Source: a virus
Taxonomy: Duplodnaviria; Caudoviricetes
Reading direction: 5' to 3' (one strand)
IMG/VR virus record: IMGVR_UViG_3300020450_001133
DNA: 64,000 bases
Shown one piece after another: positions 28,650 to 37,361 of the stretch. The notes under the pieces were generated by a model. The model searched no databases, was not told the origin of the DNA, and was given only the letters and a program-made list of their open reading frames with translations. Each line of letters opens with the position of its first letter. The first letter of the stretch is position 1. The translations under genes and the position numbers were made by a program.

Positions 28650-29122
28650 GTATTTTAGATAAAATAAATCCTTTAACAAATCTAAGAAAGCACAAAGGCG
28701 TTACCGGTGCAGGTGTATTATTTTTAGCACTAGACACAGGCAGATGCTTATTCCAATTAAGAAACAGTGATAAACGTCATAAAAACACTTGGGGTTTTTG
28801 GGGAGGCATGTTAGAAGGTAACGAAACTCCATATGAATGTATTCAACGTGAACTAGATGAAGAAATAGGTTTTGTACCAGAACTTAAAAAATTAAATCCA
28901 ATAGACACATACCAAAGTAAAGATAAAAACTTTATGTATTACAGTTTTGTGTATGTAATAGACAAAGAATTTATTCCAAAACTTAACGGAGAAACTTGTG
29001 GTTATGCTTGGGTAGACATAGGCAAGTGGCCCAAACCATTGCATGACGGAGCAAGAAGCACATTAGGAAGAAATAAAGGTGTAGGTAAACTGCACACTAT
29101 TTTACAAATCAATTCTAAATAA
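28577..29122 (+). CDS. Nudix hydrolase (start uncertain)
   Basis: GGMLEGNETPYECIQRELDEEIG Nudix box. Confidence 0.88.
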   Translation: MGKQYMDKHLRRSVQSRVLETQHISILDKINPLTNLRKHKGVTGAGVLFLALDTGRCLFQLRNSDKRHKNTWGFWGGMLEGNETPYECIQRELDEEIGFVPELKKLNPIDTYQSKDKNFMYYSFVYVIDKEFIPKLNGETCGYAWVDIGKWPKPLHDGARSTLGRNKGVGKLHTILQINSK

Positions 29123-29130
29123 ATACTAGC

Positions 29131-29760
29131 ATGTCAAAAGATATTATAAATTTTGATGCTATTCGTTTGACGACTGAACTAAACAAATATCAGCGACATA
29201 AGGAAATACCTAATAGTTTTTTAGACGGCACATTCACAATACTAGATGTAAAAGAAATTTTACCCACACTAAACAGAAAACACCAAATTATTGCTAACAA
29301 ACTTATTAAACAATATGACGTAGATGTCAAACAAAGTAAAGATGGTTTACTTAAAGTTTTCTTAAACGAATACAGGTCATTCTTAAACAACCAACAAACA
29401 AGAAATGAACGTTGGGTGTTTCCTAACGTCATGAAAAAATATCGTTACAATATTAATCCTGTTAGAGCATTAACATATGATGTTAGAGAAATGGCTTACT
29501 CATTTAATCCAGATAATGACCATCATATTTGGCTACAAGAATTAGTAACAGATCCAAATTTCTATCACAGAATAATTCAAGACATAATTAAAGATAGAAA
29601 AAAAGTTGATAAAATTATTAACTATTATGTTCCTTTATTTAATACTGCTAATATTAATTTTGAAGAGCCACTAGAAATGAAACATCTAAGGACTTTAAGA
29701 ACAGATTTATTAGAGTATGCAAACTTGTTTACACAATTCAGAAAATACTACCCAGAGTAA
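29131..29760 (+). CDS. hypothetical protein
   Basis: 209-aa ORF with AATAAATA 5 nt upstream. Confidence 0.6.
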   Translation: MSKDIINFDAIRLTTELNKYQRHKEIPNSFLDGTFTILDVKEILPTLNRKHQIIANKLIKQYDVDVKQSKDGLLKVFLNEYRSFLNNQQTRNERWVFPNVMKKYRYNINPVRALTYDVREMAYSFNPDNDHHIWLQELVTDPNFYHRIIQDIIKDRKKVDKIINYYVPLFNTANINFEEPLEMKHLRTLRTDLLEYANLFTQFRKYYPE

Positions 29761-29812
29761 AAGTTATAAACAAATAACTTGAATATAACTTTTTTGTATA
29801 TAAATATCTTTC

Positions 29813-30046
29813 ATGACACAACCAAAACATGTAAAAGAATATTACAACAATATAACATATCCTGAATATACCGAAGAAGATAAAAAACGTGGTATGAACA
29901 ACAAAGACTTAGATTTCATGACTGACGGAAACAACGGCATGTACTATTCTGTTTTCCTTCCATCGTTAATGGCAATTGGTATGGGTATTCTTCCTTTTAT
30001 AGTGATGTTTATATTTTTTGAAAAGCCAGAGTTTTTAAAACCGTAA
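29813..30046 (+). CDS. small membrane protein
   Basis: 77 aa with one C-terminal hydrophobic span; TATAAATA 6 nt upstream. Confidence 0.65.
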   Translation: MTQPKHVKEYYNNITYPEYTEEDKKRGMNNKDLDFMTDGNNGMYYSVFLPSLMAIGMGILPFIVMFIFFEKPEFLKP

Positions 30047-31924
30047 TTACTTGTAAAGTAATCTTTTAGCAGATTCGCCGTTTATTAATGGTGCATATAT
30101 TTTAATTGGATCTTCTTTTCCTTTAACAGTTACCGAGCCTAAGTTTTCATAAACTTGTCCAGTATCTCTAAAACTGTTTAAAGTAAATTCACTATACAAT
30201 ATAGGAGTGTCTTGTTTTCTAGTTTCTGCTTCTAATCTAGCCGCTAAATTTACAGCATCGCCTATAACACTATAATCTAATCTACTTTCACTGCCCATAT
30301 TACCAACAATGCATGTGCCTGTGTTTATTCCTGTGCCAAATTTTACTCTAGGTAGTCCTAGTTTTTCCATTTCTTTTTCTAGTTCATCACCTAACAATTC
30401 AATTTCTATTGCACTTTTAAGAGCCATGTCAGCATGATTATCACAAGGTATTGGAGCATTCCAAAATGCCATTATACAGTCGCCCATATACTTGTCGATT
30501 GTTCCACCATTGGCAAGTATAATTTTTGTCATTCTATCTAAGAAACTGTTAATTAATTCTACTAGTCCTTCGGGGTCATCTTGCTTCATGAACTTTTCTG
30601 ATATAGGTGTAAAGCCTACAATGTCTGCAAATAGGAAACTCATTTCTCTTCTTTCGCCACCTAACTTCATTAAACTTGGATCTTTTACTAACATATCAAC
30701 ATAGTCTGGTGATATGTACTTGCTAAATTGTCCTTTTATTTGCTGTCTTAGTCTATATTGCTTGTAAAAATTGTTAAATGCACTATGAGTAAACACCAAA
30801 AATCCACTCAAAACTGGAAAAGTTGCATCAATTAACATCAATTTATTGGTGTAAAACCACACACTTGCATAGGCTTCTGTACCCAAAATCAGCATGGAAA
30901 TTGGTGCTGTCCACACTAAAGGTAACTTATAAACAGCAAAACCTATCAAAACCATGCCCATAAAAGCAACTAGAAGCTCTATAAAGGGCGATAATTCATT
31001 TCGTGTTATGTTACTACCATCTACAAAGTTTTGTAGCATATGGCCCTGTATTTGCTGTGGATACATATTGCCTTTTGGAGTAGGAACAGGATTTTGTATG
31101 CCTTCTGCACTAACTCCTACTATAACAAATTTACCTTTTAGGTCTGGTAGGCTGTTTATGTCCACATATTCTACTTCTTCAAATGTATTATTAAATCTTA
31201 TAAATGCTGTTCCATCAGTTTGTGTAACAATAGGTTCAAAAGGTGGAACTGCAAATTCTTGTATTCCTAGTTCAGATGTTTTTAACATATAACTTGGCTT
31301 TTGTGTATATGTTCTAAGAAGTTCAATAGCAAGACTTGGGTAAATTTTACCCTCAACTCCTATTGCTAATGGATAAGTTCTTGTGACTAAATCAGGTTGT
31401 GGTGCTGATGCAAGTACACCTATGCCTTCTGCATGTTCTTCAAGTGTCGGAATGTTTGTTACTAGGTTGGGCCAACTTAATAGGAAGTCCTGTGCTGGTA
31501 AAGGGCCTATCGTCCCTGTGCCAATGTGCGGACCTGTACTCCTTACTCCTTTGGTACTTGGGGTCTGGGATAAAATCACTCCGTTCCCTTTTATCCAACT
31601 CGCTAGGACTTCGTCCCCTCCGAAACGATCCGCCTCCGGAAACATCACGGTCAATCCAATCATACCACCATTGTTCTGTCTGATATCGTGGATTAGTTGT
31701 GCAAAATTCTGTCTGGGCCATGGCCATTGTCCCCATTGTTGTAAACTTTTTTCACCTATGTTTATTATTACAACTTCATCACTTTGTTTTACTTCATCTA
31801 AGTTTTGTAATGCATCAAAGGTTTGTAATCTTAAACTTTGTAGTGGCGTTGGGTCAAATATTTTTATTGTTGTTAGTAAACATATTGTTACCACAACTGC
31901 CCATCCACTGTAAAACCATTTCAT
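30047..31924 (-). CDS. CHASE2-domain class III adenylate cyclase
   Basis: N-terminal TM, extracytoplasmic CHASE2-like region (QWGQWPWPR), three TMs, then FLFADIVGFT, DKYMGDCIMAFW, GINTG, DYSVIGDAVNLAARLE. Confidence 0.92.
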   Translation of the reverse strand: MKWFYSGWAVVVTICLLTTIKIFDPTPLQSLRLQTFDALQNLDEVKQSDEVVIINIGEKSLQQWGQWPWPRQNFAQLIHDIRQNNGGMIGLTVMFPEADRFGGDEVLASWIKGNGVILSQTPSTKGVRSTGPHIGTGTIGPLPAQDFLLSWPNLVTNIPTLEEHAEGIGVLASAPQPDLVTRTYPLAIGVEGKIYPSLAIELLRTYTQKPSYMLKTSELGIQEFAVPPFEPIVTQTDGTAFIRFNNTFEEVEYVDINSLPDLKGKFVIVGVSAEGIQNPVPTPKGNMYPQQIQGHMLQNFVDGSNITRNELSPFIELLVAFMGMVLIGFAVYKLPLVWTAPISMLILGTEAYASVWFYTNKLMLIDATFPVLSGFLVFTHSAFNNFYKQYRLRQQIKGQFSKYISPDYVDMLVKDPSLMKLGGERREMSFLFADIVGFTPISEKFMKQDDPEGLVELINSFLDRMTKIILANGGTIDKYMGDCIMAFWNAPIPCDNHADMALKSAIEIELLGDELEKEMEKLGLPRVKFGTGINTGTCIVGNMGSESRLDYSVIGDAVNLAARLEAETRKQDTPILYSEFTLNSFRDTGQVYENLGSVTVKGKEDPIKIYAPLINGESAKRLLYK

Positions 31925-31947
31925 GTATGTATTTATTTGCTAAGAGT

Positions 31948-32883
31948 CTAGTCTTGAGTTATTGTGATTGAACAACCACCAGCAGTTTGACATGTTTGAT
32001 TGAGATTATAAGTTTGTGCTGTACCACTATTTTGTGTTAAATTTAATGTAGTTGGTTGTGTTCCATATAAAGTTATAGTGGCATTGTGAGCACCATTACC
32101 TTTCTGTACTCCGCTTATTTGACTGCCATCTTGATAACTTTTATAGTTTACAGTTTTATTTCCGTCATTAATTTGTTTCCACCATATATCATTGTTATCA
32201 GCATATATCCATATATTTGCAGTATGACTACCTGGTGTATTAGTATTACCATTTGTTTGATATCCTGCAATAACATTATTGTCTCCATGATAGTCTAAAA
32301 TAACTTTGTGACCGCCATGTTCAGCACCATCACCTTCATTAAATGTTGTGTCATTGATATTGTTAAGTCCAACACCTTGACCCCATCTCATAAGATTGTT
32401 GTCTCCCCAAACGTGAAAACCTGCTTCTGAATATACACAATTATTATCTTCTGTACATTTTTGTTTTATGTAAATGTCATTGTCAACACCATCTACGTCA
32501 CCACAAAATGTTGCGTTTGGACAATTCACTTTACCCCATGTGCTAGTAAATCCAGCAAAATTCTTTTGTCCTTCTTGTGAAATTTTAACTAAATTACCAT
32601 CACCTGACACGGAAAATTCTACATCATTGTCTTCACCTAACTGCCCAATCCACATTGTTAAATTATCAACATTACCATATGTTAATCCTAAATCTAAATC
32701 AATGTGTTGTCCTTTACCATCTTGTAAAATAGTTAATTCTAAGTTGTCACCTACTTGGTCAATATGAACGTGATTGTGTTCTTCTCCTCCCCAAGCATCG
32801 TTGGCAATTAGTAGGCCCATACCTAAAAGTAAACCGCCTATTAACCAGTTACCAATCCTATTATTTAATTTTGACTCTTTCAT
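31948..32883 (-). CDS. secreted curlin-like repeat protein
   Basis: Signal peptide; repeated Q-x-G-x-x-N / GDNN units; C-terminal CQTAGGCSITITQD. Start at 32883 overlaps the FecR stop. Confidence 0.65.
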   Translation of the reverse strand: MKESKLNNRIGNWLIGGLLLGMGLLIANDAWGGEEHNHVHIDQVGDNLELTILQDGKGQHIDLDLGLTYGNVDNLTMWIGQLGEDNDVEFSVSGDGNLVKISQEGQKNFAGFTSTWGKVNCPNATFCGDVDGVDNDIYIKQKCTEDNNCVYSEAGFHVWGDNNLMRWGQGVGLNNINDTTFNEGDGAEHGGHKVILDYHGDNNVIAGYQTNGNTNTPGSHTANIWIYADNNDIWWKQINDGNKTVNYKSYQDGSQISGVQKGNGAHNATITLYGTQPTTLNLTQNSGTAQTYNLNQTCQTAGGCSITITQD

Positions 32884-34085
32884 TAATCTACCTGTATAAT
32901 TGTAATAAATGTACCTTCGCAATCATTTAAACATATTGTGGCATCTTTTAAATTACTATCTTCTACAAATATTTGGGCACTATTACCTGAATTAATTCTA
33001 ACACTTACTGTATTTGTTACCTGTCTAAAAAAGAATAATTTACCATCTTCTAAGACTGTGTTAAATTGTGTTTCAGGGTCAAACCCTATTGCAGTACCTG
33101 TAATTTTATCTGCGGCTAATCTACCTTCAGATTCGCTACCACTTTCTGCTTTATCTTCTCCTACACTTACTTCTTCTATTTCTTCAAGTAAGTCTTGTAA
33201 AAAATCAACATCTAGAAAATTTATATCTAGTGTTGTAAATTCTAAATCTTCTGTTGTGTCTGCTAACACATCTGCTTCAATGGCATTAGCATCTAATCCA
33301 TCAAAGTCTAAAAGTCCAGCATCACCTTTTGCTTCTTCTTGTTGTTCCTCAACTGCTTCTTTAATTTCAGTTGGTTCACTTACAATAAACATGTTATCAA
33401 TCATGTCTAAATTCAAGTCCGCAAGTAAAACAGGATTTGTTGGAGCCTGTTCTAATGTACTAACCATAACAGCCTGAAAGGCTTCAGTTAATACTTGTTG
33501 ACCACCATCATTTGTAATTGTTATACTACCTGACGGTCTGCAACCTTCTTCTAACTTTACTGTATCTGTACAGCCTGAGTCTGGTAATAATATTACTAGA
33601 CTTCTTCCTAACTCATCAACAGTAGTTGTAAAGTCAGTACCCCTGATACCAATTGTGGCTGTAGGAGTTTGTACGACTATATTTTCCTTAGGTACCAATC
33701 CTAATCCACCAGTGGCAAAACGTGCCGTTCCTTGCACAAAATCTAATGCCATCCTGCTTTTACTTGGATCAGGATCGTACACATATTCATTAATAACCAT
33801 ATATGTGTGTTCAGTTAAACTTACCTGTGTATCATCGACAAATTTTAATTTTAAACGACCATTAATCGTTTCAACTTCGTCCATGCTCTGTATGTCTGTG
33901 TCTAGTTCTGCAATCAATTTTTCACCAGACGTTCTATTAATACTACCGGGTGAGCCAACTTGCTCAAATACTCCGCCGATACTTTCAATGGCACCGGCGG
34001 AAATACTATATGTTGCACTAAACAACAAAAATGCATATAAACAAACTTTAGTCAGTCTGTCTAATTGAAACTGAAGCATTTTCAC
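32883..34085 (-). CDS. FecR-domain periplasmic protein
   Basis: Signal peptide; DEVET..GRLKLKFVDDTQVSL, LDFVQGTARFATG, VQTPTATIGIRGTDF are FecR-domain hallmarks. Confidence 0.85.
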   Translation of the reverse strand: MKMLQFQLDRLTKVCLYAFLLFSATYSISAGAIESIGGVFEQVGSPGSINRTSGEKLIAELDTDIQSMDEVETINGRLKLKFVDDTQVSLTEHTYMVINEYVYDPDPSKSRMALDFVQGTARFATGGLGLVPKENIVVQTPTATIGIRGTDFTTTVDELGRSLVILLPDSGCTDTVKLEEGCRPSGSITITNDGGQQVLTEAFQAVMVSTLEQAPTNPVLLADLNLDMIDNMFIVSEPTEIKEAVEEQQEEAKGDAGLLDFDGLDANAIEADVLADTTEDLEFTTLDINFLDVDFLQDLLEEIEEVSVGEDKAESGSESEGRLAADKITGTAIGFDPETQFNTVLEDGKLFFFRQVTNTVSVRINSGNSAQIFVEDSNLKDATICLNDCEGTFITIIQVD

Positions 34086-34866
34086 TGTCTAAATCAACGT
34101 CTATTTTACCAGTACAGGCAGGAGTACACGATGCCGCATTACTTTGTAGGAATTGGAAATCACCATCTGAACCTACTAAAACAAATTTTAAGTAATGGTT
34201 AGAGTTACCTGTTTGGTTAGATGTGATAGCATTATCATCACCTGTGATATTCATTTCCCAAGTTGCGGAACCGGCGTCAACTTTTATACCACTTTGTGAA
34301 AAAGCGGATGTATTGTTCCAGTCAGAACCAGGAGTACCACTCCATGCTTTTGAGTTGGAAACAGCACTTCTAAAGTCGTTCCTGTCACCTAGTATTGTCA
34401 AATCCATATTAAGGTTGTCTGCGGCATAGTTACCACCAATATCTACATCAAAAATGTTAGTATCACCTTGAACATTCCAAAGCATATCAACATTATCTGC
34501 ACTACCAGTTGCACCTATGTTTAAATCTAATGAATTAGAATCTCCTAAAAAGTAGAAATCCCATACTGTTGATCCAGAACCGTCTCCAGTCCATGCACCA
34601 AATATTTCATTAGCATCACCGTCTTGAATGATATCAATAATCAAGTTAGATCCTGTAATAACTAAATCGCTACCATCAGAAGCATCACCTGATATTTTGT
34701 TACCAGCACCAGCCTGTAATATGGTCAAAGTTAAATTGTCCCCTTGTTGGTCTAATAAAACTTCGTTGTCGTCAGCACCTAAGGCAGGAGCAAATAATCC
34801 TACTGTTAGGCCCATAACTGCGAAGACATTGATTGCAAAATTCTTAAACAAATTTTTAGTCTTCAT
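34048..34866 (-). CDS. secreted curlin-like repeat protein (paralogue of 31948-32883)
   Basis: Signal peptide ending ALG-A; DNEVLLDQQGDNLTLTILQAG matches NHVHIDQVGDNLELTILQDG of the paralogue; G(D)xN repeats; CTPAC near the C-terminus. Confidence 0.65.
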   Translation of the reverse strand: MKTKNLFKNFAINVFAVMGLTVGLFAPALGADDNEVLLDQQGDNLTLTILQAGAGNKISGDASDGSDLVITGSNLIIDIIQDGDANEIFGAWTGDGSGSTVWDFYFLGDSNSLDLNIGATGSADNVDMLWNVQGDTNIFDVDIGGNYAADNLNMDLTILGDRNDFRSAVSNSKAWSGTPGSDWNNTSAFSQSGIKVDAGSATWEMNITGDDNAITSNQTGNSNHYLKFVLVGSDGDFQFLQSNAASCTPACTGKIDVDLDSENASVSIRQTD

Positions 34867-35836
34867 CCTTATCTCCATTATTCTTTAGGAGCATTTTCTC
34901 CCAAAGTTTCTTATCGGCTTTAAGATCCTTTTCGTCAATGTCAACTTGCATCCATGTTGCGTTTTCACCTTCAACTAATTCTTGAACGTCCCAACCCTCA
35001 GGATATACAATTTTCCAATAACCTCTCTCATCGCCTTGTTGTATTAATGCCAATACTGCGGCTTCAATAGCCGAACGTACTGCCCATGTAACACTTTCGT
35101 TCTCTGTCATACCACTTTCTAACTCTAGAAGTTTTGTGTCCATATCTAAAAATCTAAACACATCGCCTCCAATACCTGTACTCAAAATGGTTTTGTATGT
35201 CTGTACGTTGAGTAACACTTCGCCAGTGAGTGTGCTTACGGCTCTCAGTGATACAACAACACTATCTCTTCGATATTGGTTTGTTGTCCCAATACCTAGA
35301 TATCTTGCACCATTACCTCCAGTTTCAACATTAGTGTCGTATCCAATGATACCACCTTCTAATATCATACCTGCAAACAATAGTGGTTGGACTCCTTCTG
35401 CTGGTTTTTCTTCAGTGGCAAACTGTTCACGAGTACTTCGAACAATTTGTCTTTCCCTCACAAGGTTGTCTAGTCCTAAACCTCTTTCTACAACTCTAAA
35501 CCACGTGCCTTTAGGATCATCCTTGGCACCTGCGGCTTTTAATGAGTCAATTAATAAATCTTTTGCACCCTGCGTAACTGCGGTGCTGAAACTTGCAACT
35601 CCGTCTGAACTCACTCTTTGTCCAGTTAAGTCATCAAATTTATAAACTGCAACCACTGGCATAACTTCTGCCGGTGGCAAATTTCTTAGTTTCTTATATG
35701 TTGGTAATTCTACGAATTTAGGCTCTTCGATACATTCCAATAATGATGTATTGCAGACTTTGTCGCCAGGTATGGAAATGCTGGCGCATCCGCTAATTAG
35801 CAAAGCAAATAATACTGCTATTATTCCATTTTTCAA
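34856..35836 (-). CDS. csgG: curli secretion channel lipoprotein CsgG
   Basis: Lipobox LISGC; VAVYKFDDLTGQR, STAVTQG, WFRVVER.GLDNLVRERQIVRSTR, LLFAGMILEGGIIGYDTN, YRRDSVVVSLRAVS. Confidence 0.93.
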   Translation of the reverse strand: MKNGIIAVLFALLISGCASISIPGDKVCNTSLLECIEEPKFVELPTYKKLRNLPPAEVMPVVAVYKFDDLTGQRVSSDGVASFSTAVTQGAKDLLIDSLKAAGAKDDPKGTWFRVVERGLGLDNLVRERQIVRSTREQFATEEKPAEGVQPLLFAGMILEGGIIGYDTNVETGGNGARYLGIGTTNQYRRDSVVVSLRAVSTLTGEVLLNVQTYKTILSTGIGGDVFRFLDMDTKLLELESGMTENESVTWAVRSAIEAAVLALIQQGDERGYWKIVYPEGWDVQELVEGENATWMQVDIDEKDLKADKKLWEKMLLKNNGDKDED

Positions 35837-35839
35837 CTT

Positions 35840-36340
35840 TTACCCGCCTAATGTTCCAATTCCGATAGGTATTTCTATTTCTGTTACTGTTCCATCTGCG
35901 TCTATAATAGTTAATTGAATATACTCAATTCCATCTATTGTAATTACCTGGTATGAGACGTTACTGTCTTCAATAGTAAATGCACCTTCGGTAGAATTGG
36001 TACAAGTTGGTACTTCTGCAGGATTACAAAACATACTATCTACTAATCCTTTAGAAATCTGACTGTAAATTCTGCTTTCCAAATTTCTAATAAACTTATT
36101 AATAGTGCTGTTTGATTCTGCTCTTTCAGCCGCTCTTAAAGCCGCTTCTATATCATCTCTAATTTTATCTTTTCTGCTCTTTTCTTGATTTTCAATTGTC
36201 AAATAATGAGCACCGGTTCCTATTCCACTAAAACTTGGGTTCTTAAACTTATGTGTTAGTTTGTCAGCGAAAACCGTTTGTGATGCAAAAAATGCCAACA
36301 TTACGCCAATTCCTAAAATTCTTCCTGTAATTTTATTCAT
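35840..36340 (-). CDS. csgF: curli assembly protein CsgF
   Basis: Signal peptide, then LTHKFKNPSFSG...YLTIENQ; FIRNLESRIYSQIS; C-terminal TIIDADGTVTEIEIP; adjacent to csgG. Confidence 0.85.
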   Translation of the reverse strand: MNKITGRILGIGVMLAFFASQTVFADKLTHKFKNPSFSGIGTGAHYLTIENQEKSRKDKIRDDIEAALRAAERAESNSTINKFIRNLESRIYSQISKGLVDSMFCNPAEVPTCTNSTEGAFTIEDSNVSYQVITIDGIEYIQLTIIDADGTVTEIEIPIGIGTLGG

Positions 36341-36639
36341 TTTTTCTTTTTTATAGCCTCTTCTTTTTCAGCAAGGGCCTCCTTTTCCTCCGCGTCTTGG
36401 AGGACTTCTTGTCGTGCTCTATATTCTAGCACAACATCTACTTTTTGTTGCAAACGAATCAAGTCTTGATCCAACATTCTTGTTTGGTCTATGACTCTTA
36501 TAAGAGCCATATGCATTTTGCCTAATGCAGGTTTTATTTCTGTGTTAATGTATTTCCATACATAAAAAATGAAATATCCTAACCCTACACAGGCTACAAC
36601 TGGAAAGCCATATTGGGAAACTAATGCCGCAACGTCCAT
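36337..36639 (-). CDS. small single-TM membrane protein (YvrJ/holin-like N-terminus)
   Basis: VSQYGFPVVACVGLGYFIFYVW followed by a coiled coil. Confidence 0.55.
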   Translation of the reverse strand: MDVAALVSQYGFPVVACVGLGYFIFYVWKYINTEIKPALGKMHMALIRVIDQTRMLDQDLIRLQQKVDVVLEYRARQEVLQDAEEKEALAEKEEAIKKKK

Positions 36640-36941
36640 TAATCTCTCCTAACGTCGAGTTTACCATCCTCAATAAAGTTTTCCGCTCTGGCAACTCGTT
36701 CTATATCAGGTCTTAATTCCAACGCACTACTGACTAACATATCGATTTTAATCATCTCGTTACTCATAGTTCTTGCTCTATTTTCTAAGGATTCGCAAAA
36801 CTTTGTCAAAGTTTGTACCTGACCGACGACGCCAGCCATTAGTTGTTTAATAATAATAAAGATAAATGCTCCCATTACCAATGCTCCGGCAATAGGGAAT
36901 CCTACCTCTGCTATTAATTGAAATACTTCGTTCATCTGCAC
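36639..36941 (-). CDS. small single-TM membrane protein, same architecture as 36337-36639
   Basis: IAEVGFPIAGALVMGAFIFIII followed by a coiled coil; ATG probably at 36935. Confidence 0.55.
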   Translation of the reverse strand: MQMNEVFQLIAEVGFPIAGALVMGAFIFIIIKQLMAGVVGQVQTLTKFCESLENRARTMSNEMIKIDMLVSSALELRPDIERVARAENFIEDGKLDVRRD

Positions 36942-37081
36942 ACTCTGTCTTTTTATCTTTCATTTGTAGTGTGTACTTTTTGTGTTACTTCCTACAAATA
37001 GGATCTACAGTCCTACGCAGTTATTTATCACTTTTCTTGGCAAAGATTTTGATATAGACTAATCTATTTGATAAATAAATG

Positions 37082-37101
37082 CTGTAACATGATTGTAACA
37101 T
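37082..37101. promoter_or_regulatory. 11-bp-period direct repeat TGTAACAT (OmpR/PhoB-type box candidate)
   Basis: CTGTAAC-ATGA-TTGTAAC between divergent GATAAATA motifs at 37022-37029 (-) and 37070-37077 (+). Confidence 0.4.
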
Positions 37102-37190
37102 AACGTTGCAGAACATTTTTGTAGACCCCAATAGGGCTGATACAATAACAACGTATATGGGAAAATCGGTTACTTCAATCGGAGAAAAAA

Positions 37191-37313
37191 ATGGCGAAAT
37201 CCTTAGGAATAGTAGCCAATGCAACTCAACGTTTTGCTTTGGACTACTTTAAAAAATTTGATACGATGATGAAAGCCGGCTCTATAGATAGAGTTATTGC
37301 TGAATCATTTTAG
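37191..37313 (+). CDS. small protein, 40 aa
   Basis: Manual: GGAG SD, MAKSLGIVANATQRFALDYFKKFDTMMKAGSIDRVIAESF*, followed directly by a terminator. Confidence 0.6.
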   Translation: MAKSLGIVANATQRFALDYFKKFDTMMKAGSIDRVIAESF

Positions 37314-37318
37314 CAGTC

Positions 37319-37348
37319 AAAAAAAAGCACCCGGAAGGGTGCTTTTTT
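37319..37348. terminator. bidirectional intrinsic terminator
   Basis: AAAAAAAAGCACCC-GGAA-GGGTGCTTTTTT between convergent genes. Confidence 0.85.
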
Positions 37349-37361
37349 AAATTTGTTTTTA

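Noticed and set aside
37105-37170. Riboswitch or hammerhead ribozyme in the 40-aa peptide leader (CCC/GGG stem, CTGATAC)
   Set aside because: No CUGANGA/GAAA core pairing or known aptamer consensus; only a weak stem.
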